Positions 1 through 8,407 of a DNA stretch of 64,000 bases are shown piece by piece (the first letter of the stretch is position 1; the number at the start of each line of letters is the position of its first letter). A program made the position numbers and the translations under genes. The notes beneath the pieces are model-generated. The model saw only the letters and a list, made by a program, of their open reading frames with translations. It did not search any database and had not been told where the DNA came from. This stretch comes from an uncultured Candidatus Saccharibacteria bacterium (GTDB taxonomy: Bacteria; Patescibacteriota; WWE3; UBA101185; 2-01-FULL-41-18): positions 73,669-137,668 of the forward strand of contig CAZWQF010000002.1 in NCBI GenBank assembly GCA_964636285.1, in the 5' to 3' direction.

Positions 1-339
1 TGGGAGAAATTCTTGTGAGGGGCGCCATGATTTCAGCACAAAAATACTAAACCCACATTAGATTTCAAATGAGTCATTTAAGTAAGATTTCAAGCTTACA
101 GTGATGATCTTGAATAGAAATGCACTCCACCACTTCATGTGTAACCTGAGAACGAGGATTTTATTATGAGTGACCACTATAACTCTTAGTACTTATTTAA
201 AGAAAAAGGCTATGCAAAAATAATATGTATAGTGATTAGAGACTTTGAAAGTAAGGGTATTCTCGAAAAAAAAGAGATCCAGTTCAATTACCTCCACTAG
301 CGGCCACATCAATTTAGCTTTGTTTGGGATAATTCACGC

Positions 340-361
340 TATACCCTAAAAGGGGTATAAT
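340..361 (+). promoter_or_regulatory. Palindromic operator TATACCC-N6-GGGTATA overlapping a TATAAT -10 box upstream of the XRE gene
   Basis: Inverted repeat at 340-346/353-359; TATAAT at 356-361; GGAG at 368-371 before ATG 380. Confidence 0.55.
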
Positions 362-379
362 TTCCATGGAGTTAAGTTT

Positions 380-577
380 ATGGGATCACTAAAACAACTA
401 GGGAACAAATTTAAACAAGCGCGTGAGAAACTAGGCTTAACTCAAGCTGATGTCGCTATTAAAGCCAAAATGACTGTTAACTACTACGCTATGATTGAAA
501 GGGATGAAGTAAATCCATCCTTTACTAAGCTCCAAAATATAGCCAGAGTTCTTAAAATCGAGATAAAGATCTTCTAA
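380..577 (+). CDS. XRE-family HTH regulator (C-protein-like)
   Basis: 65 aa with HTH_3 pattern AREKLGLTQADVA...YYAMIERDEVNPS...IARVL. Confidence 0.85.
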   Translation: MGSLKQLGNKFKQAREKLGLTQADVAIKAKMTVNYYAMIERDEVNPSFTKLQNIARVLKIEIKIF

Positions 578-888
578 TTTGCTTGCTTTTCTGACTGTTT
601 TGCTTTAAGTTCAGCAACCATTATTTTGGCAAAAATCTGAAGCATTCCAGCTACAGCCTCTGCTTGTTCAAGCGTAGCCTTAGGATCTTTTTGCCTTAGA
701 CTTGTTAGGGCTGATTCTACAAGCTGTTCATGATTTTCTTCATCAAAGGCAAATTCATATGCTTCAGGTGAAATACTTCTAAATTCTTCAGCAATAGACT
801 TATTTCCCAAAAGCTCTGCCATTGAATCCCAAACCTTAAGGTCTGCTAATTCTTTTAAATTTTTAAGATTATCATTTGTTTTGTTCAT
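574..888 (-). CDS. Hypothetical helical protein
   Basis: ORF 574..897; ATG 888 preferred because TATAAT lies 7 nt upstream. Confidence 0.6.
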   Translation of the reverse strand: MNKTNDNLKNLKELADLKVWDSMAELLGNKSIAEEFRSISPEAYEFAFDEENHEQLVESALTSLRQKDPKATLEQAEAVAGMLQIFAKIMVAELKAKQSEKQAN

Positions 889-917
889 GATTTGCATTAT
901 ATCTGATCACCTTCTTT

Positions 918-1376
918 CTATCCAAACTTTGAACTAGAAATATATTTACTGTAACCAATAAACTCAAAACACTCTAGAGCACTATCTTTTGAGTCAATCC
1001 GTCTCATAATCTCCCGACTAGTTATTTGAGAGAGGATATTAAGACTTCCTTCCCATAATACGCGCCGATCAAGGATCGCGAGTTTCCTATGATGATTACC
1101 TACACAAATAAACACATGCACTCCATTTGCTTCTAGACGCTGTATCTCAAATTCAGACTGTACTTCGTACCCATCTGAGTGCTCTAAGGGGTCTCTTGTT
1201 ACGATATAGACTTCTACACCACGGTTAACTAGCCTAACTAAGCTCGGCCAGAGAGAATTCATTCGTTCTGTGGTTATAAATGGGCTTTCAATAATAACTT
1301 CGTGTTTGGCATGCTCTAAATCGGCCAAAAAGGTAGCGTAAAAGGTCTTTTCATCAAAAAGGAGAGATTTACACAT
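918..1376 (-). CDS. Stand-alone phospholipase D-family (HKD) nuclease-like protein
   Basis: IIESPF, HRKLAILD (HxKxxxxD) and GSLN motifs; AGGAGG SD precedes ATG 1376. Confidence 0.8.
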   Translation of the reverse strand: MCKSLLFDEKTFYATFLADLEHAKHEVIIESPFITTERMNSLWPSLVRLVNRGVEVYIVTRDPLEHSDGYEVQSEFEIQRLEANGVHVFICVGNHHRKLAILDRRVLWEGSLNILSQITSREIMRRIDSKDSALECFEFIGYSKYISSSKFG

Positions 1377-1466
1377 ATAGATCCTCCTTTTCCTCTGGTT
1401 GATACACATCTCTAAGCCTTGTAAAATGAGCTAATACTTGTAGGAGAAGTGGTTCAAATAAAAGTG

Positions 1467-1480
1467 CATCTCCCGCTCCA
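1467..1480 (+). mobile_element. tRNA-Gly 3'-end remnant, candidate att site at the right boundary of an integrated element
   Basis: CATCTCCCGCTCCA matches a tRNA-Gly acceptor 3' strand plus U73-CCA; no complete cloverleaf upstream. Confidence 0.55.
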
Positions 1481-1482
1481 GC

Positions 1483-1881
1483 TTATCTCTTAGGTTGAAG
1501 CAAACTAACTCGGTTACCTTCGGTATCAAGAAATGAAACGTACAGGCCTACTGCTGGAATTTCCATTGGCTCCCCAAGAACTTTTCCCCCGGCCTTAGTC
1601 ACTTGATCCATAGACTCCTTAACATCTTCAACAGCAATAACAACTGATGGGTATTGTGCCGGCCAATCAGGCTTGATAGGAAAAAATCCTCCATTAATAT
1701 TCCCTGGAGTTTTAACCATGTTATTCTCATCAGTTTCGGTGGTATGAGCTGTAATATAATTTCCCATCTCCTCACCAAACTTATTCATTTTCCAACCAAA
1801 TGCCTTGTTATAAAAGTCAGAAACCCTATCTTTATCTTGGTAAGGCATTTCAAAATGGCAAACAGGATTTATATTTTTCAT
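1483..1881 (-). CDS. VOC/glyoxalase-family protein
   Basis: VCHFEMP...FY..AFGW...INGG...GGKVLGEP...FLDTEGN. Confidence 0.85.
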   Translation of the reverse strand: MKNINPVCHFEMPYQDKDRVSDFYNKAFGWKMNKFGEEMGNYITAHTTETDENNMVKTPGNINGGFFPIKPDWPAQYPSVVIAVEDVKESMDQVTKAGGKVLGEPMEIPAVGLYVSFLDTEGNRVSLLQPKR

Positions 1882-2738
1882 AAAATAAATGATATCACAG
1901 CATCCGATATCTTCTCACCAAACCCGTCAAAACTATGATTAGCCCCTTCATAGACAATCATTTGGACTTTAGGAGAGCTTTTAAGTTCGGATTTAAGCTT
2001 TTCCATTGCCTTATAGGGATCCATCACGGGATAAATCGCTGTGTCCTCTGTACCTGTAAATGCAATTACAGGAATATCTATTTTGCCCACGGTATCCCAA
2101 TTTTTATTATCATGAAAATTAAAAATTGCAGCTTTTGATCCCTCTTCAAAAAAATTTAAGAATGTATTTGCCGAAAGCATCCCGTCTCCCCACAATTTAG
2201 TGCTCAATAGTACATCCCCTCTGCCGTCATGTTGCAATCTTTTAGCTTCTGGATACATTAAATCAAAGTCCTTTTTTCCACTACCTACTTTAACAAGCCC
2301 TAGCATATCTGCGGGGCTAATCAGCACAGCGCCCTTTATTCCGTGGTTTTTTACAGAACTTAAATAATAAGCAACTTTGGAAGGTCCAAGACTATGGGCT
2401 TGAAGCCATACTTCTTCAAATCCCAGATCTCTTGCGTAATCTACCCATGCCTGAATATCAAAAACACAATCCTCAAACTTTTCAAAAGCGTTCCCACAAA
2501 TCCCTTCTGTTGTGTCATGCACAAAAGCAGAAATAGTTCCTGTTCCCCTGTGCTCACCTACCAAAAAAGAAATACCATTTTTAACATAGCTTTCATGCAT
2601 ATCAGAATAGTACTTGTTTAGAACAACGCTACCAGCCATTCCATGAATATGAATGATAATTCTTTTTGAATCTTCAGCTCTGCTTAAAAGCCCTGAGAAG
2701 TGATATCCATCCTGTGTTTTTGCTCTAACAATTTCCAC
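1878..2738 (-). CDS. Alpha/beta hydrolase (DUF1749-like)
   Basis: HIHG, AHSLG nucleophile elbow, GANHSF. Confidence 0.8.
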   Translation of the reverse strand: MEIVRAKTQDGYHFSGLLSRAEDSKRIIIHIHGMAGSVVLNKYYSDMHESYVKNGISFLVGEHRGTGTISAFVHDTTEGICGNAFEKFEDCVFDIQAWVDYARDLGFEEVWLQAHSLGPSKVAYYLSSVKNHGIKGAVLISPADMLGLVKVGSGKKDFDLMYPEAKRLQHDGRGDVLLSTKLWGDGMLSANTFLNFFEEGSKAAIFNFHDNKNWDTVGKIDIPVIAFTGTEDTAIYPVMDPYKAMEKLKSELKSSPKVQMIVYEGANHSFDGFGEKISDAVISFIL

Positions 2739-2754
2739 AGTGATTATTATATTG

Positions 2755-3357
2755 CTAATTTTTTATCTCTGCACCTGTACATCTCCAATTAATTTCCGAA
2801 GTCTTGGTGTCTTCACTTACCACACAAGCAGGATGGCAACCTTTGTTCGTGCTGTTTAGGTTGGCATCAAACCACCATGTTTTTGAATTTTCATTATAGG
2901 AACCAGCTGAGATCGATTCACCTCCCTTTATGCATGATTTTTCGGCAATTTCTCTGGCTTCAGCTTCTGTAAGTACTTTAGTTACTTCTTCAGGCTTTAT
3001 TATTTTTCCCTTAAAAACTTGGTTTCCATCTTTGGTAATTGTTACTTCCCCTTGGTGTTCCCAAAAAACTAAACTTTGATCTGAATTTGCGTACCTTGCA
3101 CCACTTCCAGAAACTGCAATCGGTAACGTAACTAATCCAGTAATCGAATGGTTAAAAGTAACTGTGCTATCAGAATTAAACATTGCTTCAATGGTAGTAG
3201 CTCCATCAGAAAACTGAGCAGACGTTGCAGTCACTTTGGCTACTGGCTGAGGCTCTAAAGCCTTATTTTCATTGACAGGTTTATAAGTTAAAAGTGTGAG
3301 TACTGAAAGAAAGATAACAACTAAAATAACTATGATAAAAACTTTTGACTTTTTCAT
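2755..3357 (-). CDS. Membrane-anchored MliC-like protein with a Cys-containing C-terminal domain
   Basis: N-terminal TM; SGSGARY...VFWEHQGE MliC/PliC signature. Confidence 0.65.
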   Translation of the reverse strand: MKKSKVFIIVILVVIFLSVLTLLTYKPVNENKALEPQPVAKVTATSAQFSDGATTIEAMFNSDSTVTFNHSITGLVTLPIAVSGSGARYANSDQSLVFWEHQGEVTITKDGNQVFKGKIIKPEEVTKVLTEAEAREIAEKSCIKGGESISAGSYNENSKTWWFDANLNSTNKGCHPACVVSEDTKTSEINWRCTGAEIKN

Positions 3358-3396
3358 ATACTGATTTTAGCACCTGATTCAAAGGTAATTAATAAA

Positions 3397-3780
3397 TTAA
3401 ATGTGGTCTTTTGTGTCTACTTCTGCCTCATTCTTTGTCTTATGAGTAACTTTGTCTTTATGATGAGGAGGCGAATAAACAGTGTAGATTTTAAGAGGTT
3501 CGTCTGAAGACAAATTAATCACGTTATGCTTTGATCCTGCAGGTATTATAAACGCACTTCCGTCCTCAACTAAGTGTTCTTTTCCATCTAAAATAAGTTT
3601 GCCTTTACCTTTTTCAATTCGAATGAACTGATCAACTATTTCATGAGTCTCCATGCCTATGTCCTCATTCGGTTTTAAGCTCATAAGCACCAGCTGAGCA
3701 TGCTGTCCTGTGAAAATAACTTTTCTAAAATTGGAATTATCTAGAGTTAGTTTTTCTATGTTTCCAACAAATCCTATCAT
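3397..3780 (-). CDS. Cupin-domain protein
   Basis: GMETH..DQF...G.G and IPAGSKHNVIN motifs. Confidence 0.85.
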   Translation of the reverse strand: MIGFVGNIEKLTLDNSNFRKVIFTGQHAQLVLMSLKPNEDIGMETHEIVDQFIRIEKGKGKLILDGKEHLVEDGSAFIIPAGSKHNVINLSSDEPLKIYTVYSPPHHKDKVTHKTKNEAEVDTKDHI

Positions 3781-3828
3781 AAGCGCATAGTACTCTCATC
3801 ACAAAACTTGTATATAAGCGCGTTTAAC

Positions 3829-4791
3829 CTACTCAAAAGCTATTAACAACCTCTTTGAGGATTCATGCCAAACTTTGGTTTCAGGGCTTGTATCCCCATT
3901 CGCAATTAAAAGCCAAGTTTTCATAAAATACGATGCATATGAAGCCTTGGTTAATGTATCCAAGGATTCAATTTCATTTTTACATAGCGGAACAATTTTT
4001 GTATACGAATCAAGAACAATATTAAAGAGCTCATCTCTTCTCATCATTGTTAATTCGTCATATACAAACCACGCAAGGTAGGTAGAAAGCTCGTAAACTC
4101 TTTTGTCATAAGCCATACAACCAAAATCTATGATGCAATATTCCCCTCTCATATTTCTCAAAACATGCTTTTTCTGCATATCACCGTGAATCAGTGATTC
4201 GGAAAATCCCTCAAAATTAATAGTAGCTACAGCACTCACTACTGGCTCAACCAGAGCTAGGACCTCGCTGCTCAAATTTCCCTTTGAAGCCTCAAATTCT
4301 TTAACCAAGTTTTTATTTCCCCAGGAGTCATAATCCCCACTAACTCTTAATTGAATGCTATTTAATTTTGCCAATATTGTGGCTGTCTCCTCAAGATCAG
4401 TAACTGAAGGCTGCCTATCTGAAAAATTAAATCCATCAAAAAACTTTGTGACAAAATACCAGACTTTTGCACTGCCGTCTTCAAAATTAAATAGCTGTTC
4501 CTCTGGCCCTACTAGTTCAAGAGATGGGATATTTGCATTTTTAAGTTCAAGAAGTACATTTTTATAGTCTTTAATAAAAGCTTCTGGCCTTCCTTTAGAA
4601 AAGACCTTAAGTACAAATTTGCCTTTATTACTTTCCACCAAAAAGTTGGCGTCCTCATAACCTTCTAGAATTGGCTCAACTTTAAGCAAGTTTCCTAGCT
4701 CAGGAAGGTTTCTTTTAACATCGTCAAGAAGATCTTTTAATTCAGAATTTAAAGGTGTCCTTTGTAAAAGTAGCTTTGTTGGGAAGTCCAT
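3829..4791 (-). CDS. APH/type II homoserine kinase-like phosphotransferase
   Basis: FVLKV, IHGD, IIDFG kinase motifs. Confidence 0.8.
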   Translation of the reverse strand: MDFPTKLLLQRTPLNSELKDLLDDVKRNLPELGNLLKVEPILEGYEDANFLVESNKGKFVLKVFSKGRPEAFIKDYKNVLLELKNANIPSLELVGPEEQLFNFEDGSAKVWYFVTKFFDGFNFSDRQPSVTDLEETATILAKLNSIQLRVSGDYDSWGNKNLVKEFEASKGNLSSEVLALVEPVVSAVATINFEGFSESLIHGDMQKKHVLRNMRGEYCIIDFGCMAYDKRVYELSTYLAWFVYDELTMMRRDELFNIVLDSYTKIVPLCKNEIESLDTLTKASYASYFMKTWLLIANGDTSPETKVWHESSKRLLIAFE

Positions 4792-4836
4792 ATTCGCATT
4801 TTATTCCAAATTTGCACGGCTTGATATAATTTTATT

Positions 4837-5217
4837 ATGAAAATAAATGCTGTTGGTGTGGCCTCAACAAACATCCCTAAGACAGTTCAATTTTATAGTC
4901 TTCTTGGTATTAAATTTCCTGAGCTGGGTAAGGATGAATATCACATAGAATCTCTTCCTAAAGAGGGTTCTGCAAAGCTCATGATTGATTCGTTTCAAAT
5001 GCTTCTTGATGTGACTGGAAAGAGCCCCACCCCTGCAAACCATTCGGTTTTTGCAATTGAATATGAAAGTTCTGAAGAAGTTAACAAAGTTGCAAACGCT
5101 ATAAAGGACGCTGGCTTTGAGGTCGAAAAGGAACCGTGGGATGCCTTCTGGGGACAAAGATACGCAATTTTAGTTGATCCTGATGGATATAAAGTAGATC
5201 TCTATGCAAGTTTGTAA
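4837..5217 (+). CDS. VOC/glyoxalase-family protein
   Basis: EPWDAFWGQRYAILVDPDG. Confidence 0.85.
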   Translation: MKINAVGVASTNIPKTVQFYSLLGIKFPELGKDEYHIESLPKEGSAKLMIDSFQMLLDVTGKSPTPANHSVFAIEYESSEEVNKVANAIKDAGFEVEKEPWDAFWGQRYAILVDPDGYKVDLYASL

Positions 5218-5792
5218 TTTATGGAAAGTAGAGTATCGCCTACACTTCTGTTAATAGCAGTAGCATAATAATTAAGATCAGAAAGTTCACTTACAATTTC
5301 TTGATTGTCATCCACTATCAAAGCCTCCTTAGGAATTTGAGCCAAGTTTTCAGGTCTCATTTTTCGTTCAAAAAGGTAAATCTGGGAAGAATCCAGAAAC
5401 TCTAGTACTCCAGTATGTTTAAGCTTGTTTTGTTGGTTTTCTATGTGCCCTTCGGAAAATATCCCAAGTATTAATCCTCTTTGCTTTAAGTCTTTAAATG
5501 CAGGAATTACATCAGGATATAGAGCCTCTTTGAAGTGACTTGGCTCGGAAAACACAAAATTCAGTATTTCAGTACCGTGTATTCCAAATCTTTCTCCCAA
5601 ATAATCTGCGTGGCCAGAAGCTGTAAAATTTAATCTGTGGCCTATGCTTTCTGCATAGTCGTCCCCTGCAATCTTCACTTGTTCCAAGTCCAGATTAAAA
5701 TGCTTGGAAATATTTTGGTTTCTGAGAACTCTATATTTTTGTGCATCAAAAAGAGTGTAGTCAATGTCAAAAAGTATGAGCTTGGAGTGCAT
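5202..5792 (-). CDS. HAD-family hydrolase
   Basis: FDIDYTL motif I; LYPDV; IVDD. Confidence 0.8.
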   Translation of the reverse strand: MHSKLILFDIDYTLFDAQKYRVLRNQNISKHFNLDLEQVKIAGDDYAESIGHRLNFTASGHADYLGERFGIHGTEILNFVFSEPSHFKEALYPDVIPAFKDLKQRGLILGIFSEGHIENQQNKLKHTGVLEFLDSSQIYLFERKMRPENLAQIPKEALIVDDNQEIVSELSDLNYYATAINRSVGDTLLSINYKLA

Positions 5793-5830
5793 CAACTGTA
5801 TTATACTAAATATTTAGAGAAGGTATTTCC

Positions 5831-5839
5831 TGATATAAT
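5831..5839 (+). promoter_or_regulatory. Extended -10 promoter (TGnTATAAT) of tRNA-Thr
   Basis: TGATATAAT ends 12 nt before the tRNA 5' end. Confidence 0.6.
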
Positions 5840-5851
5840 CGCTTTGAAATT

Positions 5852-5925
5852 GCCTCTTTAGCTTAGTGGTAAAGCTGCGGTATCGTAAACCGCAGACGTC
5901 AGTTCGATTCTGACAAGAGGCTCCA
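5852..5925 (+). tRNA. tRNA-Thr(CGT)
   Basis: Acceptor GCCTCTT/AAGAGGC, anticodon arm GCGGT-ATCGTAA-ACCGC, GTTCGA T-loop, encoded CCA. Confidence 0.93.
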
Positions 5926-5949
5926 TAAAAGTTATTTAACAGCGGGCAC

Positions 5950-7575
5950 TTAATTAAACTGTCCAGTTAGAATTAATTTTTTCAATTTCAAAGCCATTTC
6001 ATTCTGAGGGTCTATCTTTAATGCCTCCTCTGCATACCTCAAAGCTTCTTGTCTGTTTCCCTTCCTAAGTTCAATTATTCCAAGACCAGCCATAGATTGA
6101 TACATTTGTGGGTTCAATTCTAGCGCTCTTCTAAAAGCTTTTTCGGAGTCATCAAGCCTTTCGAGTAAATAATAATTTCTGCCTAAATTATGGATTGCAT
6201 TTGCATACTCAGGATAAAAACTAATTGATTTTTCAAACGCATCTGTGCTTTTTTGCATGTCACCTTCTATAAAATACATATTTCCTAGGGCATTGAGCGC
6301 TTGAGGACTGTTTGGGGATACCGCAACAGTGGCTATAGAGAAGTTCTTAAAGTTTTGCCAATCAATATTTCTTGTTAAAACTCTAGTTCCAAAAATTATA
6401 CAAATTAGAATTAGTACCCAAGTAAAGAATTCCTTTTTATATTTTTTGGATAGGTATTGAACAAACAAAACTAGCGTCAATGCAAAAAACGAAGAAGCAA
6501 CGTACAAATACCGCTCTGTTGCAACCCAGGCAACCTGAACAGGGCTAAAAAGTGGTGCCAGTGAGACTATTGAGATGAGATAAAAAACTGAATAAAAATT
6601 TTTCTTTTTTACTAAATAAATAACAAGGGCAATTGAAAACGCACATAAAGCATACATAAACATTTGATAAAAAAAGGAAATCTCCTCCCCTTCGTGATAT
6701 AAGGTGAGAAAGAACGGAAATAATAATAGCTCCAAAAATTTATAGTACGAATTAAATATTCTTAAAAAGTACGTGCCTTGTTGTGACTCCCCTGCGCCTA
6801 GCGACTGAAGTACAGTAACTCTTGTTGCGTAGTCATGGTAAAGCGAAAAGGCTAATCCGAATAAAGGGAGAAAATAGATGACGAATACTTTATCAAAATG
6901 CACTTTTTTTGCCTCAAAGAACGCTAAAAGAGCTAATATGACCGGAAATGAAATTAACCACGGGCTACGAATTGTGACTAAAGAAAATACCCAAATTGAC
7001 ATTGAGACATAAAGATATTTTGACTTTGAGCTTTTCTTATATAGCAAATAAAAAATTAGGGTTAGGTAAAGAACAATTGCCATGTAAATGTAATTGACTC
7101 CCGAAATCCATGATACTGATTCTACGTTGACAGGGTATAACGCAAAGATAAGCGATGAGTAGAAGGCTACTTGTGGGGTAAACAATAGTGTTAATAAGGC
7201 AAAAAAGCAGATTACTGCAAAAATGTGCAGTAATACAGAAAGTAAGTGAAATGGAAATGTATTGAGACCAAAAATGTTTAAAATCAGTGACTGAATAATT
7301 TTTTGAATGTAAAGGGTTTGAACCTGAAGTCCAATATTTGAAAGATCTTTATAGCCTACTATGGCTGTGAGATCGTCTGACAGAAATTCGCCAAAAAGTG
7401 AATTGCAGTATGCTAATGCTGTGACCACAGCTAGTATCAAAATCTTAATCTTATGAATCTTAAAGGCGTTAACAAGACAACTAAAGCTATTGAAATTGGA
7501 TATATCGCCATTCCCAACAGGCTTGTTTACATTGTTCTGTTCAGCTAGCTTTTGAAGTCTTTTAGCCTTGTTCAC
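5950..7575 (-). CDS. TMTC-like GT-C glycosyltransferase with C-terminal TPR repeats
   Basis: FLSDD luminal motif, YPVNVESVSWISG, ATERYLY, many TMs, then 3-4 TPRs. Confidence 0.8.
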   Translation of the reverse strand: MNKAKRLQKLAEQNNVNKPVGNGDISNFNSFSCLVNAFKIHKIKILILAVVTALAYCNSLFGEFLSDDLTAIVGYKDLSNIGLQVQTLYIQKIIQSLILNIFGLNTFPFHLLSVLLHIFAVICFFALLTLLFTPQVAFYSSLIFALYPVNVESVSWISGVNYIYMAIVLYLTLIFYLLYKKSSKSKYLYVSMSIWVFSLVTIRSPWLISFPVILALLAFFEAKKVHFDKVFVIYFLPLFGLAFSLYHDYATRVTVLQSLGAGESQQGTYFLRIFNSYYKFLELLLFPFFLTLYHEGEEISFFYQMFMYALCAFSIALVIYLVKKKNFYSVFYLISIVSLAPLFSPVQVAWVATERYLYVASSFFALTLVLFVQYLSKKYKKEFFTWVLILICIIFGTRVLTRNIDWQNFKNFSIATVAVSPNSPQALNALGNMYFIEGDMQKSTDAFEKSISFYPEYANAIHNLGRNYYLLERLDDSEKAFRRALELNPQMYQSMAGLGIIELRKGNRQEALRYAEEALKIDPQNEMALKLKKLILTGQFN

Positions 7576-7660
7576 TTGATAAATATAACAATAAATACTA
7601 ATTTAATAAATGTGGCCAGCCACTTGGCAGAAATTGAGTTTCCTGACACAATTGACTCAA

Positions 7661-8407
7661 ATGATCAAAGACTACAAACCAAGGAGCGCAAGAGCAAAAT
7701 TTAATAACACAGTTGATGATGATATAGTTCTTTTTAAAAGACTAATAAAATCAATTGTTGGAATCATTTTGGTTTTGGTCATAACTCTTGGTGGTCTTCA
7801 ATTCTTTGGTCCAAAAATATTCTCAATATTTGGTTACCTTTCGTTAGAAAGATTCAAAAAAGTTGAGGTTACAAAGTCTCAAACTCCAAAACCTTCTTTT
7901 GTTGATACAAGCACATCTACTAAAAACAAAAAAATATCACTTAGCGGGTATGCCGAAGGAAATTCGCAAGTAAAAATCTTTGTGAACGGTCCTGAAGCTG
8001 GATCAACTAAAGCTGATAATGACGGCAAATTCACTTTTTCAGATCTTGAACTCCTTGATGGGCAAAACATCATTTTTGTAAAAGCTACTTCGGAAGGAAA
8101 AGACGAATCAGAAAAATCAGACACATTATTTGTAAGTTTGGATACAAAAAAACCAGAAATCTCAATTGAAAAGCCAGCCAACGATCAGGAGATTCAAAGC
8201 GTAGACAGCAGAACTCAGGTATCAGGTAAAGTTAATGAAGAAGCTACAGTAAAAGTAAATTCAAACCTCACTGTTGTTGATACGGAAGGAAGATTCGAAA
8301 CACTAATAAGCCTTAAAAGCGGTGAGAATAGAATTATTATTACCGCAATAGATAAAGCCGGTAATGAAGCAACATCATCCGTTAAGGTCAACTTCAAAAA
8401 AAGATAA
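7661..8407 (+). CDS. Membrane-anchored protein with two bacterial Ig-like domains
   Basis: One TM followed by beta-rich repeats (G.F...L..G.N, DTKKP, AIDKAGN); ATG 7661 preferred over 7610. Confidence 0.75.
   Translation: MIKDYKPRSARAKFNNTVDDDIVLFKRLIKSIVGIILVLVITLGGLQFFGPKIFSIFGYLSLERFKKVEVTKSQTPKPSFVDTSTSTKNKKISLSGYAEGNSQVKIFVNGPEAGSTKADNDGKFTFSDLELLDGQNIIFVKATSEGKDESEKSDTLFVSLDTKKPEISIEKPANDQEIQSVDSRTQVSGKVNEEATVKVNSNLTVVDTEGRFETLISLKSGENRIIITAIDKAGNEATSSVKVNFKKR

Noticed and set aside
1-330. Possible ORF remnants, the palindrome AAATGAGTCATTT (67-79) and a repeated AGATTTCAA
   Set aside because: No open frame of useful length; motifs are short enough to arise by chance in AT-rich DNA
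3367-3393. TTAGCAC as a CIRCE half-site (also TAGCACT near 48764)
   Set aside because: No matching GAGTGCTAA arm at 9-nt spacing
7611-7660. Short inverted repeats (GTGGC/GCCAC, TTGAGT/ACTCAA) between the TMTC-like and Ig-like genes
   Set aside because: Only 5-6 bp arms and not found at other promoters; insufficient support
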